This document shows, piece by piece, positions 9,105 through 16,908 of a stretch of DNA of 60,871 nucleotides (position 1 is its first letter; the number at the start of each line of letters is the position of its first letter). The notes beneath the pieces were generated by a model, which ran no database searches, had not been told where the DNA came from, and saw only the letters and a list, made by a program, of their open reading frames with translations. A program made the position numbers and the translations under genes. The stretch is from a virus, in the IMG/VR virus record IMGVR_UViG_3300006033_000003; one strand, written 5' to 3'.

Positions 9105-12041
9105 ATGTCTCTCTTGTCTCCCACCCGCATCAAAGCAATGCCCGTCAACGAGCGGATGCAGCTTGTGTCCACCGCGACTTCGGCGGTGTACACCAACCTG
9201 AACGTCGAAATTCAAAAAGACCTCACCCTGGTGGTTGTCAACTCGAACTCCAACACGGACTACGCCGGGGCCACCCTTTCCCTTACCGGGACCAAGCTGA
9301 ATAACGCGGGAGGTTTTTGGTTCACCTCCGCCCTCTCCCCTATTCAGGGGGGGGAACTGACCAACAACGTGCTGTCTCTCAAGCGTGGAACCACCACCCT
9401 GAAGGTATCTTCGGTCAACCTGTCGGAGTACAAAACCATCCGCCTGGACGTTACTGGCACGGCAGACTCCACCGTGAACGTCTATGCTATCTGGGACGAT
9501 GCTGCCCCCCTGGGCGATTGGATCACAGTTAGCGCCTCCGCTCCTCTGTCCAAGTTCAAAACCACCGAAAAGAACTGGAAATTGACCATCATCCCCAAAG
9601 GGGTCGATGACAACAACTTGGTCCGCGTGTACACTACGAAAAACGGCGGGGTGTGGTCCAGCTCCGACCTTCTGTCCAAATACCCGCTGACGCAGGTGGA
9701 CAACTACGTGTACATCACCACCCCCACTGAAATCTACCTCAACAACATCTACCAACTGGCGGAAGTTCTGCTCATCGTGAGCTGCACAGGCACTGCGACC
9801 GCTGCCGTCAAGGTTGAGTCTCCGGACGAACCCGTGGATGCGTCGGAGTTCTACAAAAAGCTGTTCACCACTGCGGTGAACAGCGGTTCCGCTTACAATT
9901 TCGTTCCCGACCTGCGGGCAACCCACGTCCTGTGCCGGATTGACAGCACTCTGGTTTCTGGCGGGTCCGCCGTGGTCCACCTATACCCGCGAAGCACTGA
10001 CAATCTGTCTTTGTCTGCGTTGTTCAATGAGCCCGGGTCCTCCTCAGCTCCGTCCAACTCCGTCAGTATCACCACGAGCGACACACGCTACCTCTACCTG
10101 CCCCGGACCGTCCAGCTGGGCAAGGTTCACGCGGATTGCGTCATGACCGGCACCGGGAACTCGGTGCGGGTTTCGATGGCCAACTATTTTGGCGAACTGC
10201 CCAAGGCGGCGGAAGCTGCTGCCGGTGCTGTGACCTCCAACCTCTACTCGGGGGAGGGCTTCAGCGTCGATCGGCACGCAACTGCCCGGCAGTTTGCTGC
10301 TTACGAAAACTGGACGGCCAGCGTCAGTTTGTCGGACGTGCTCACCGTGTCGGTCGGCTCCAACTCCGCTCAAGTCTCACTTTCCGCTCTCCCGGGTTGG
10401 AAGTCGGGCGACACCATTGGCGCCATGGGCTTCATTCCCTACCGCCAGGGCGGCCCAACTGCCGCCAACTACAGCCGCGAAACCGCCATGCGGCTGTGTT
10501 TCTTCACGCGACTGGGCAACATTTACCACAACTACCCGGCTGCAGCTTCGGACGATTCGACCACTTCGGGGGGCATGGGGGCCTTCGACCTGTCTGCGGT
10601 CTATGAGCCCGTGGTATGGTCTGGCGGCACCGTGCTCTCGTCTGAGCGCATCCCGTCGAACAACCCCGCGTTGACGGCGGATGAGAAAAAGCTGTACCGC
10701 TACGAACCTGGTTTGCCTTCCTGGAACTACAACCAACACACGAACAACGTGGGCGGCCTGAAGGCGGACGGTTCCGCATATGGCGGTGGCGGACTGCCCC
10801 CGGTGATGGACAAAAACGGACTCAAGCTGATCCGGATGGTCCACCCGTTCGAGTTCGGAACCAATCCACAAGACGCATCCAAGCCCTACCAAATGTCGGG
10901 CTACCTGTCCAACCCCTTCTCGGTGAAGCCCAAGTGTACCATCTACACCCCCTACAACGGCCTCAACGTCTGCAAAAACGTAGTCTTGGGGACAACTGAC
11001 GGCGGACGTATCTGGGTGGTCCTCCACGAGTTGGGCTGCAACTCCGTCCAGGCCATCTGCGGCAACAATTTCGATTACTCCGCCGTTGGTGCTTACACGT
11101 CGGGCGCATTGTCAGTCGTGAAGCGCACCTACATTTATCCGACCTCCTCGGTGAAGGACCCGGTCAATTGCTTCCAGTACGCCGATCCTATCAGCGTCAC
11201 CGCGATCACGACCACCGGCGGCAAGGCTTCCGTCACTACCTCTACCCCCCACGGATTCACCACGGGCGACCTGATCTGTTTCAAGAAAAACAGCTCAGGC
11301 AATTACGACTTCCTGGAGAACAGCGTCACGGTCGGCAATGCCGCCGCCTTCTCCAGCAACAGTGCGGGTGATGGCCGCTTCTACCGCGTGAAGGTCACAA
11401 GCACCACCACGTTCGAGTTGCTCCAAAACTACAACGGGGTGGACGAGAAAATCGCCACCCATCACATCCATAGTAGCAACCCGGCGAAGGACGGCACCTT
11501 GATTTGCTGCGGGGAGAAGTACCCGGCGGGTTGGATCCTGTTTGTGCGTATCCCCCAAATTGATGATTTTGAATATTTCTACATCTACCAGTACCGCATT
11601 TCAAACCGTTATATTTTCCGGCTGAACAGCTCCGAAACGGCCATGCAGCGGGCGGTGGGTATGGTTTGGAGGGACGACCAAGAACAGACATTCTTGTTTG
11701 CTTCCGATGAGCAAAACATTGCCCCCCGGCCCGTGACTATTCCGGGACGGGATGCCGCTGCAGTCCCCAGTCGCAATACCGCTGGAGTGTTCTTGGGCAA
11801 AATGGCGGACATTGACGACATCACCAAAGCCTACGTGGTCTGCGAAATGGAGGAAGCCTCCCTGGGCCTCATAAATGCTCAAAACATGTTTGTAGTTGTC
11901 GGGATGTCTCGCAAAACCTACCTGTCTGCAGACGGAAAGAACTGGGTCAGCTTCCCGCTCATCTGCCAATACGTGGGGGAAAGCAACGGAGCCCTGTATC
12001 TTCGGGCAGACACCTACGTGTACCGCGTGACGAAAACTTGA
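9105..12041 (+). CDS. large tail-associated protein, possibly a beta-propeller (Asp-box-like motifs)
   Basis: 978-aa ORF, the last of the tail module. One good Asp-box-like motif (TTDGGRIW) and two degenerate ones (TKNGGVWS, SADGKNWV). No other motif recognised. Confidence 0.4.
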   Translation: MSLLSPTRIKAMPVNERMQLVSTATSAVYTNLNVEIQKDLTLVVVNSNSNTDYAGATLSLTGTKLNNAGGFWFTSALSPIQGGELTNNVLSLKRGTTTLKVSSVNLSEYKTIRLDVTGTADSTVNVYAIWDDAAPLGDWITVSASAPLSKFKTTEKNWKLTIIPKGVDDNNLVRVYTTKNGGVWSSSDLLSKYPLTQVDNYVYITTPTEIYLNNIYQLAEVLLIVSCTGTATAAVKVESPDEPVDASEFYKKLFTTAVNSGSAYNFVPDLRATHVLCRIDSTLVSGGSAVVHLYPRSTDNLSLSALFNEPGSSSAPSNSVSITTSDTRYLYLPRTVQLGKVHADCVMTGTGNSVRVSMANYFGELPKAAEAAAGAVTSNLYSGEGFSVDRHATARQFAAYENWTASVSLSDVLTVSVGSNSAQVSLSALPGWKSGDTIGAMGFIPYRQGGPTAANYSRETAMRLCFFTRLGNIYHNYPAAASDDSTTSGGMGAFDLSAVYEPVVWSGGTVLSSERIPSNNPALTADEKKLYRYEPGLPSWNYNQHTNNVGGLKADGSAYGGGGLPPVMDKNGLKLIRMVHPFEFGTNPQDASKPYQMSGYLSNPFSVKPKCTIYTPYNGLNVCKNVVLGTTDGGRIWVVLHELGCNSVQAICGNNFDYSAVGAYTSGALSVVKRTYIYPTSSVKDPVNCFQYADPISVTAITTTGGKASVTTSTPHGFTTGDLICFKKNSSGNYDFLENSVTVGNAAAFSSNSAGDGRFYRVKVTSTTTFELLQNYNGVDEKIATHHIHSSNPAKDGTLICCGEKYPAGWILFVRIPQIDDFEYFYIYQYRISNRYIFRLNSSETAMQRAVGMVWRDDQEQTFLFASDEQNIAPRPVTIPGRDAAAVPSRNTAGVFLGKMADIDDITKAYVVCEMEEASLGLINAQNMFVVVGMSRKTYLSADGKNWVSFPLICQYVGESNGALYLRADTYVYRVTKT

Positions 12042-12049
12042 GAACGGTA

Positions 12050-12077
12050 GAAGGCGGAGCGGAGGGGCTCCGCCTTC
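12050..12077 (+). terminator. GC-rich hairpin after the tail module (terminator-like, no U-tract)
   Basis: Perfect 11-bp stem GAAGGCGGAGC / GCTCCGCCTTC with a 6-nt loop, 9 nt after the stop of CDS 9105-12041. Confidence 0.4.
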
Positions 12078-12134
12078 CCCAAAGGAGGGGTGACGTTATA
12101 CAATACCGGAACTTTTGAAACGGAGAATCACCCC

Positions 12135-12497
12135 ATGTCCCTTACGCCCAAGGAAATCGAGGAGCTGGCCGTGTCCGCCGCGACACGTGCAGCCAAAGCC
12201 GAAGTTGAAGAAGCAGCGGAACGCGCCGCTGAAGCCGCCGCCCGAAAGGTGACGCTGACCCCGGACGAAGTGAGTCACATGGTGGCCGAAGCCGTCCGAC
12301 AGACCCTGATCCAGATGGGCATTGACATGTCCGACCCGCTGGCGATGCAGCGGGACTTCCAGCACCTTCGTCAATGGCGGGAGTCCGGGGAGGACCTGAA
12401 GAAGAAGGGCACCGTGGCCCTCCTCGGCATCTTCCTCTCGGGCCTAGGCACGCTGGTCCTCCTGGGCCTGAAGGAGTTTCTGAGCAAGGCCCCCTGA
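12135..12497 (+). CDS. hypothetical protein with a C-terminal transmembrane helix
   Basis: ATG preceded by GGAG (aaacggagaatcacccc). Ala/Glu-rich helical N-terminus; C-terminal TM segment VALLGIFLSGLGTLVLLGL. Confidence 0.55.
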   Translation: MSLTPKEIEELAVSAATRAAKAEVEEAAERAAEAAARKVTLTPDEVSHMVAEAVRQTLIQMGIDMSDPLAMQRDFQHLRQWRESGEDLKKKGTVALLGIFLSGLGTLVLLGLKEFLSKAP

Positions 12498-12813
12498 GCT
12501 GCGCTTACCTTCGACCGCGTGCGCTTACCTTCGGAGCTATCCCAAGCGCACGTAAGTTCCAGCCCCCGTGGGAATTACTTACCTTACTTGGGATACTTAC
12601 CTTGAAATGCGGTTCGCCCGATAAATCGGCGGGAGGCCCAGGGAAATCCTCCTGGGGCTTTCAAGGTAAGTAAGGTAAGTAAGTTAAGTAATAATAATAA
12701 TAAATATATATAAGTCTATGATTTTATGGAACTTCTGTGCGCTTACCTTTACAAGAAACTGACTGGTCGAAGGTAAGCGCAACGCTGTGTTTCTGGGCGT
12801 AAGGTAAGCGCAA
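12498..12813. repeat. AT-rich iteron / inverted-repeat island A (paralogue of 45811-46140)
   Basis: - Five copies of GAAGGTAAGCGC or its complement: 12501, 12521, 12739, 12769, 12800.
- Perfect 16-bp inverted repeat, 12501-12516 / 12765-12780.
- Perfect 15-bp inverted repeat, 12575-12589 / 12668-12682.
- Pure A/T run at 12689-12713.
- 54-bp block 12660-12713 identical to 45985-46038. Confidence 0.9.
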
Positions 12814-12820
12814 GTGTTCG

Positions 12821-12852
12821 GGCTTCCCTCGGAAGTCTCCCCGGGCTATACT
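12821..12852 (+). promoter_or_regulatory. promoter candidate, class 2 (GGCTTCCC-N18-TATACT)
   Basis: gGGCTTCCCtcggaagtctccccgggcTATACTtcttc. The extended -10 CTATACTTCTTC matches the class 1 sites. It lies 43 nt upstream of the SNF2 start. Confidence 0.55.
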
Positions 12853-12894
12853 TCTTCAGCCGAACCGAAACGCATTCAGAAAAGGAGTCCACGC

Positions 12895-14610
12895 GTGGAA
12901 TATCAGTTCAAGACCGCCCCCTTCAACCACCAGAAGGAGGAGTGGGAGCGCAGCCGGGAGGAAATCGCCCGGGGCATCTTCTGGGAACAGGGCACCGGGA
13001 AGTCCAAGCTGACCATCGACACCGCCTGCTGGCTGTGGCGCCGGGGCCTCATCGACGGGGTGCTGGTGGTCGCACCGAACGGGGTGCACCGCAACTGGAC
13101 TGAGAAGGAAATCCCGGATCACATACCGGACGAGGTGATTGGGCACGTCCGCGCCTTCCATTACCAGTCCCCCCGGGCGGACACGAAGTGGCACAAGCAG
13201 GCGGTCAAGGCCGTCATTGAGCACAAGGGCTTCGCGTGGCTGACCATCAGCTATGACGCCTTCACAACCGCCGCCGGGAAGCGTGCGCTGATCGACTTCT
13301 TCGACAAGCGCCGCCTCCTGTACGTCCTGGATGAGGCCCACTACATCAAGACCCCAACGGCGGAGCGCACCAAGTCCATCCTCCGCTCCGCGAAGTACGC
13401 CCCCTTCAGACGCATCCTGACCGGGACCCCGATTGCGCAGGGTCCCTTCGACGCCTACAGCCAGATCAAGTTCCTGTATGACGACTACTGGAAGAAGGCC
13501 GGGTTGGGCACCTTCACGGAGTTCAAGGCCCACTTCGGGGTGTTCGAGAAGGTCTGGAACCCGAACGTCACCCGCTCCTTCGACCCGGTGAAGCAACGCT
13601 GGGTGGACAGTGACGGCTCATACGTGGACGTGCTCAAGGGCTACCGCCGCCTGGACGAACTGAACGCCCTCCTGCAGCCCGTCTCCTCCCGCGTGACGAA
13701 GGATGACGTGCTGGACCTCCCGCCCAAGCTGTACAGCAAGCGCCCGTTCCCGATGACGGAGGAGCAGCGGAAGCTGTACCGCCAGATGAAGGATGAATTC
13801 ATCGTCTGGCTTGAGCTGGGCGGAGCGGAGAAGGAAGCCGCCGCCCTTCAGGGTTCCCTGCCGCTGGAGGACGCCTGCCCGACTTGTCACGGCAAGCGGG
13901 AGTTGGAGGTGGACGGCTACATCTACCCGTGCCCCGACTGCGCGGACACTCCGGACCTTGGGCAGAACGGCACCACCCCCGTCATCGCCGCGCTGGCCAT
14001 GACCCGGCTCCTCCGCCTTCAGCAGATCACCTGTGGGTATCTGCCCACGGACGATGAAAGTGAGCCCATGTACGTCATCCCGGGGACGAACCGCCGCCGG
14101 GAGCTGCTTTGCGACCTGGTTGAAGAAGCGCAGCACAAGGTTATTGTCTGGGCCCGGTTCCAGCTGGACATCACGCTCATCCTGGAGGAGCTGCGCCGCC
14201 GGGGCATCCGCGCCGTCCGCTATGACGGCCAGGTGAACGATGACGAACGGGCGGAGGCCAAAGCCCTGTTCCAAGGGGAGCGGACGCTGTATGACGGAGC
14301 GCAGGTGATTGGGCGGGAAGCCGTCCCGCCGGAGGAGCAGGCCAAGGTGTTCGTGGGCAACCCCGCCGCCGGGGCTACGGGCCTGACATTGACTGCCGCC
14401 AAGACCGTCATTTATTATTCCAACAGCTTCAAGTTGATCGACCGCCTACAATCGGAGGACCGCGCCCACCGCATCGGTCAGGACAACAGCGTGCTGTACA
14501 TCGACCTGGTGGCGGAGGACTCCGTGGATGAGAAGGTTGTCGAAGCCTTGAGAAACAAGTTCAATGTGGCGTCCCAGATCACTGGCGACCGCCTGAAGGA
14601 ATGGCTATGA
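12895..14610 (+). CDS. SNF2-family helicase/ATPase with an inserted zinc ribbon
   Basis: GTG at 12895 lies 7 nt after AAAGGAG; the track ORF extends further upstream to 12814. Motifs: GTGKS, DEAH (VLDEAHYIK), TGTPI, QSEDRAHRIGQ. A CPTCHGK...CPDC insertion sits between the two RecA-like lobes. Confidence 0.85.
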   Translation: MEYQFKTAPFNHQKEEWERSREEIARGIFWEQGTGKSKLTIDTACWLWRRGLIDGVLVVAPNGVHRNWTEKEIPDHIPDEVIGHVRAFHYQSPRADTKWHKQAVKAVIEHKGFAWLTISYDAFTTAAGKRALIDFFDKRRLLYVLDEAHYIKTPTAERTKSILRSAKYAPFRRILTGTPIAQGPFDAYSQIKFLYDDYWKKAGLGTFTEFKAHFGVFEKVWNPNVTRSFDPVKQRWVDSDGSYVDVLKGYRRLDELNALLQPVSSRVTKDDVLDLPPKLYSKRPFPMTEEQRKLYRQMKDEFIVWLELGGAEKEAAALQGSLPLEDACPTCHGKRELEVDGYIYPCPDCADTPDLGQNGTTPVIAALAMTRLLRLQQITCGYLPTDDESEPMYVIPGTNRRRELLCDLVEEAQHKVIVWARFQLDITLILEELRRRGIRAVRYDGQVNDDERAEAKALFQGERTLYDGAQVIGREAVPPEEQAKVFVGNPAAGATGLTLTAAKTVIYYSNSFKLIDRLQSEDRAHRIGQDNSVLYIDLVAEDSVDEKVVEALRNKFNVASQITGDRLKEWL

Positions 14611-14951
14611 GTAAAGTGTTTGTTGTACAGAATCAACACCGTTGGGACCGCGACAAGCAGCGGTTCGAGCCCAAATTTGATCTAACCCCGGCGGGGGAGT
14701 TCGGTGAGCTGGTGTATCTGCTCAGCCCAACCGCCGCGCCCTTCCGCCCGGAACCGATCATTCAGGAGCTGCGGGAGAAGCTGAAGGACTACCGGGAAGG
14801 GGACCACCTCCTGCTGGTGGGCAATCCGGTCCTCATCGGCTTCGCCGTCACGGTGGCCGCAGCCGCGAACGGGGGCCGCGTCTCCCTCCTTCAGTGGAGC
14901 GGGAAGGACCAACGCTACATCGCAGTGGAGGCCCAAAAACTCACTTCTTGA
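14607..14951 (+). CDS. hypothetical protein
   Basis: ATGA overlap with the SNF2 stop, with AAGGA 7 nt upstream. An alternative ATG lies at 14601. 114 aa, no motif recognised. Confidence 0.55.
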   Translation: MSKVFVVQNQHRWDRDKQRFEPKFDLTPAGEFGELVYLLSPTAAPFRPEPIIQELREKLKDYREGDHLLLVGNPVLIGFAVTVAAAANGGRVSLLQWSGKDQRYIAVEAQKLTS

Positions 14952-14985
14952 GGGGCTTTCCTTCTATACTTTTTCACCCTATACT
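14941..14985 (+). promoter_or_regulatory. tandem promoter candidates (two TATACT boxes)
   Basis: TCACTTCTTGaggggctttccttcTATACTttttcacccTATACTttcc. The first box (14965) pairs with a class 1-like TCACTTCTTG. The second (14980) lies exactly 26 nt from GGCTTTCC (14954), the class 2 spacing. Confidence 0.5.
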
Positions 14986-15018
14986 TTCCTCACTCAGTTC
15001 AGAAAAGGAGTCTCATCA

Positions 15019-15309
15019 GTGACACGCGAAACCTGCCCTTGTCCGGTCTGCTCAGGCACCGGACGCCTCCCCGCCGGGGACTACCGCTACAAGGCGGTCA
15101 CGGCGGGCTATGACCCGGAAACCGACACGCTGCCCTGCCGCAACTGCGGGGGCCAGACGATGTACGGACAGCCCACGGGTCAGTCCTTCCTCCGCGATGA
15201 TGGGACGCCCTGCACCCACGAGTACACGACCACCAACCTGGGGCGTTGTTACAACCGTTACACCTGCAAGCACTGCGGGTATTCCTACAGCATCGACAGC
15301 GGAGATTGA
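15019..15309 (+). CDS. zinc-ribbon protein (three CxxC pairs)
   Basis: GTG start 7 nt after AAAGGAG. CPCPVCSG, CRNCGG and CKHCGY motifs. Confidence 0.6.
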   Translation: MTRETCPCPVCSGTGRLPAGDYRYKAVTAGYDPETDTLPCRNCGGQTMYGQPTGQSFLRDDGTPCTHEYTTTNLGRCYNRYTCKHCGYSYSIDSGD

Positions 15310-15311
15310 TC

Positions 15312-15860
15312 ATGACCGACACCAGCGCATACCTTGAATTTGTTCAACCGCAAGCCTCCGGCTCCGGTGAACTCTCACAACTGTCCCTCCTCGCAGAGCA
15401 GCAGGCCGCAGCCGCCTCGAAGGTGGCGGACCTCGAAGCCCAGCTCAACGCCGCCCGGGAGGAGCTGAAGGACATCGCGGAACGTCAGGTGCCCGAACTG
15501 ATGGACCAGATTGGCGTGGCGGAGTTCAAGACCGCCTCCGGCCTGAAGATCAAGATTGACGAAACCATCCGCGCCTCTATCCCGAAGGCGAAGGCCCCGC
15601 TGGCCTTCGCGTGGCTCAAGGCGAACGGTCACGGCGGGCTGATCAAGCGTGTCGTGGCGGTTCAGTTTGGCAAGGGTGAGGACGAAAAGGCCGAAGCCCT
15701 CCACCGCCAGCTTGAGGAGCAGTACCCCGTGGAGGACAGCGCCGCCGTCCACCCCTCCACCCTGGCCGCTTTCGTCCGGGAGAAGCTGCGGGACGGTGAA
15801 GAACTCCCCCTGGACCTGTTCGGTGTCCACCGCCAACGCGTGGCCAAGATCGAGGTCTGA
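15312..15860 (+). CDS. hypothetical coiled-coil protein (recombination/replication module)
   Basis: ATG 8 nt after GGAG. N-terminal coiled coil (LAEQQAAAASKVADLEAQLNAAREELKD). Function not recognised. Confidence 0.55.
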   Translation: MTDTSAYLEFVQPQASGSGELSQLSLLAEQQAAAASKVADLEAQLNAAREELKDIAERQVPELMDQIGVAEFKTASGLKIKIDETIRASIPKAKAPLAFAWLKANGHGGLIKRVVAVQFGKGEDEKAEALHRQLEEQYPVEDSAAVHPSTLAAFVREKLRDGEELPLDLFGVHRQRVAKIEV

Positions 15861-15965
15861 CAACGATTCCCCAACCCTGGGTATGGGTGACGGCGGGACA
15901 GACCGCAACGGCTATTCGACCGGGGGCCGCTAAACATCCCGCTCATTTCAACAGGAGTATTCCAA

Positions 15966-16805
15966 ATGGCTACCAGCAAGAAAACCGAAACCAGCACCGA
16001 AGTCGCAGTGGCGAACCAGAACACCGCCATGGCGGAGTATGGCGCATATGCCGACTACGCCGGTGCGGGCTTCGAGAACCAGACCAGCGATGACTACAGC
16101 ATCCCGTTCCTCCAGATTCTGCAGGCCCTCAGCCCGCAGCTCCAGGAGAACGAAAGCCTGCGTCAAGGCATGATCCTCAACACCGTCACGGGCGAAATCT
16201 TCGAGGGCAAGGTGGGCATCGCCTTCGTCCCCGCAACGACCCAGCACGTGTACGTGGAGTGGAAGCCCCGCGATGCGGGCGGTGGCTTCGTGGGCATTCA
16301 CGAGCCGTCCAGCGATCTGGTCCGTCACTGCGTGGCCAACCAAGCCTTCGGTGACTACAAGACCCCGGACGGCAACGAGCTGATTGAGACGTTCTATGTG
16401 TATGGTGTCGCCATCGACGCCGATGAGAACGTGTCGCAAGCCGTCCTGGCCTTCTCCTCCTCGAAGATCAAGAAGTACAAGGGCTGGATGACGAAGGCCA
16501 AGACCATCCAGCTGCCGCTGCCGGATGGCCGCCGCATCCCGGCTCCGCTGTTCGCGCACAAGTACCGCCTCAAGACCGTCTCGGAGAAGAACAACAAGGG
16601 CCAGTTCTTCAACTGGGACATCTCCTTTGACGGCTCCAACGCCCTCGAAGCCCGCCTGCTCCCGGCTGACCCGCTGTTCCAGTCCGCCGTTGCGATCAAG
16701 ACCCTGATCGAGGGTGGCAAGGCCCGCGCCGCCTATGAGTCTCAGGCTCCCGGCTCCGCTGATGAAGGTGCGCAGGGTGCCGCTGGCGGCAAGCCCGTGT
16801 TCTGA
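15966..16805 (+). CDS. hypothetical protein, possibly ssDNA-binding or recombination-associated
   Basis: 279-aa ORF with an SD (caggag), followed by tandem terminators, which suggests abundant expression. It has a flexible Gly/Ala-rich tail ending ...GGKPVF, reminiscent of SSB-type C-terminal tails. The functional guess is weak. Confidence 0.3.
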   Translation: MATSKKTETSTEVAVANQNTAMAEYGAYADYAGAGFENQTSDDYSIPFLQILQALSPQLQENESLRQGMILNTVTGEIFEGKVGIAFVPATTQHVYVEWKPRDAGGGFVGIHEPSSDLVRHCVANQAFGDYKTPDGNELIETFYVYGVAIDADENVSQAVLAFSSSKIKKYKGWMTKAKTIQLPLPDGRRIPAPLFAHKYRLKTVSEKNNKGQFFNWDISFDGSNALEARLLPADPLFQSAVAIKTLIEGGKARAAYESQAPGSADEGAQGAAGGKPVF

Positions 16806-16827
16806 CCTCTCCCTGAAGGGCAGTTGC

Positions 16828-16885
16828 CCCGGGCTTCTCCTCCCTGGCCCGGGTTTTTGAGGGGGCCTTTGCGCCCCCTCTTTTT
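16828..16885 (+). terminator. tandem rho-independent terminators
   Basis: CCCGGGC-N12-GCCCGGG followed by TTTTT (16828-16858), then GAGGGGGC-N6-GCCCCCTC followed by TTTTT (16859-16885). Confidence 0.8.
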
Positions 16886-16908
16886 GTATCAGAAACGGAG
16901 AACCAAAA

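Noticed and set aside
12659-12685. CAAGGTAAGTAAGGTAAGT resembles the eukaryotic 5-prime splice-donor consensus (AAG|GTAAGT).
   Set aside because: This is irrelevant in a bacterial virus. The motif is explained by the iteron and inverted-repeat structure.
12660-12713. Possible CRISPR array or satellite, because of the 9-bp periodic repeats (AAGGTAAGT x2, AAGTTAAGT, AATAATAAT...).
   Set aside because: The units are only 9 bp, directly abutting without spacers, and decay into simple A/T sequence. There are no cas genes apart from a stand-alone Cas4-like nuclease of the kind common in phages. The region is treated as part of the iteron/DUE-like island instead.
12718-12762. 14-codon micro-ORF in island A (MILWNFCALTFTRN), with a TTG-initiated counterpart in island B (46045-46089, LILWTFCALTFTRF).
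   Set aside because: There is no SD, the start codon is not conserved, and the apparent peptide conservation simply mirrors conservation of the underlying DNA box TGTGCGCTTACCTTTACAAGA. It is probably a cis-element rather than a peptide.
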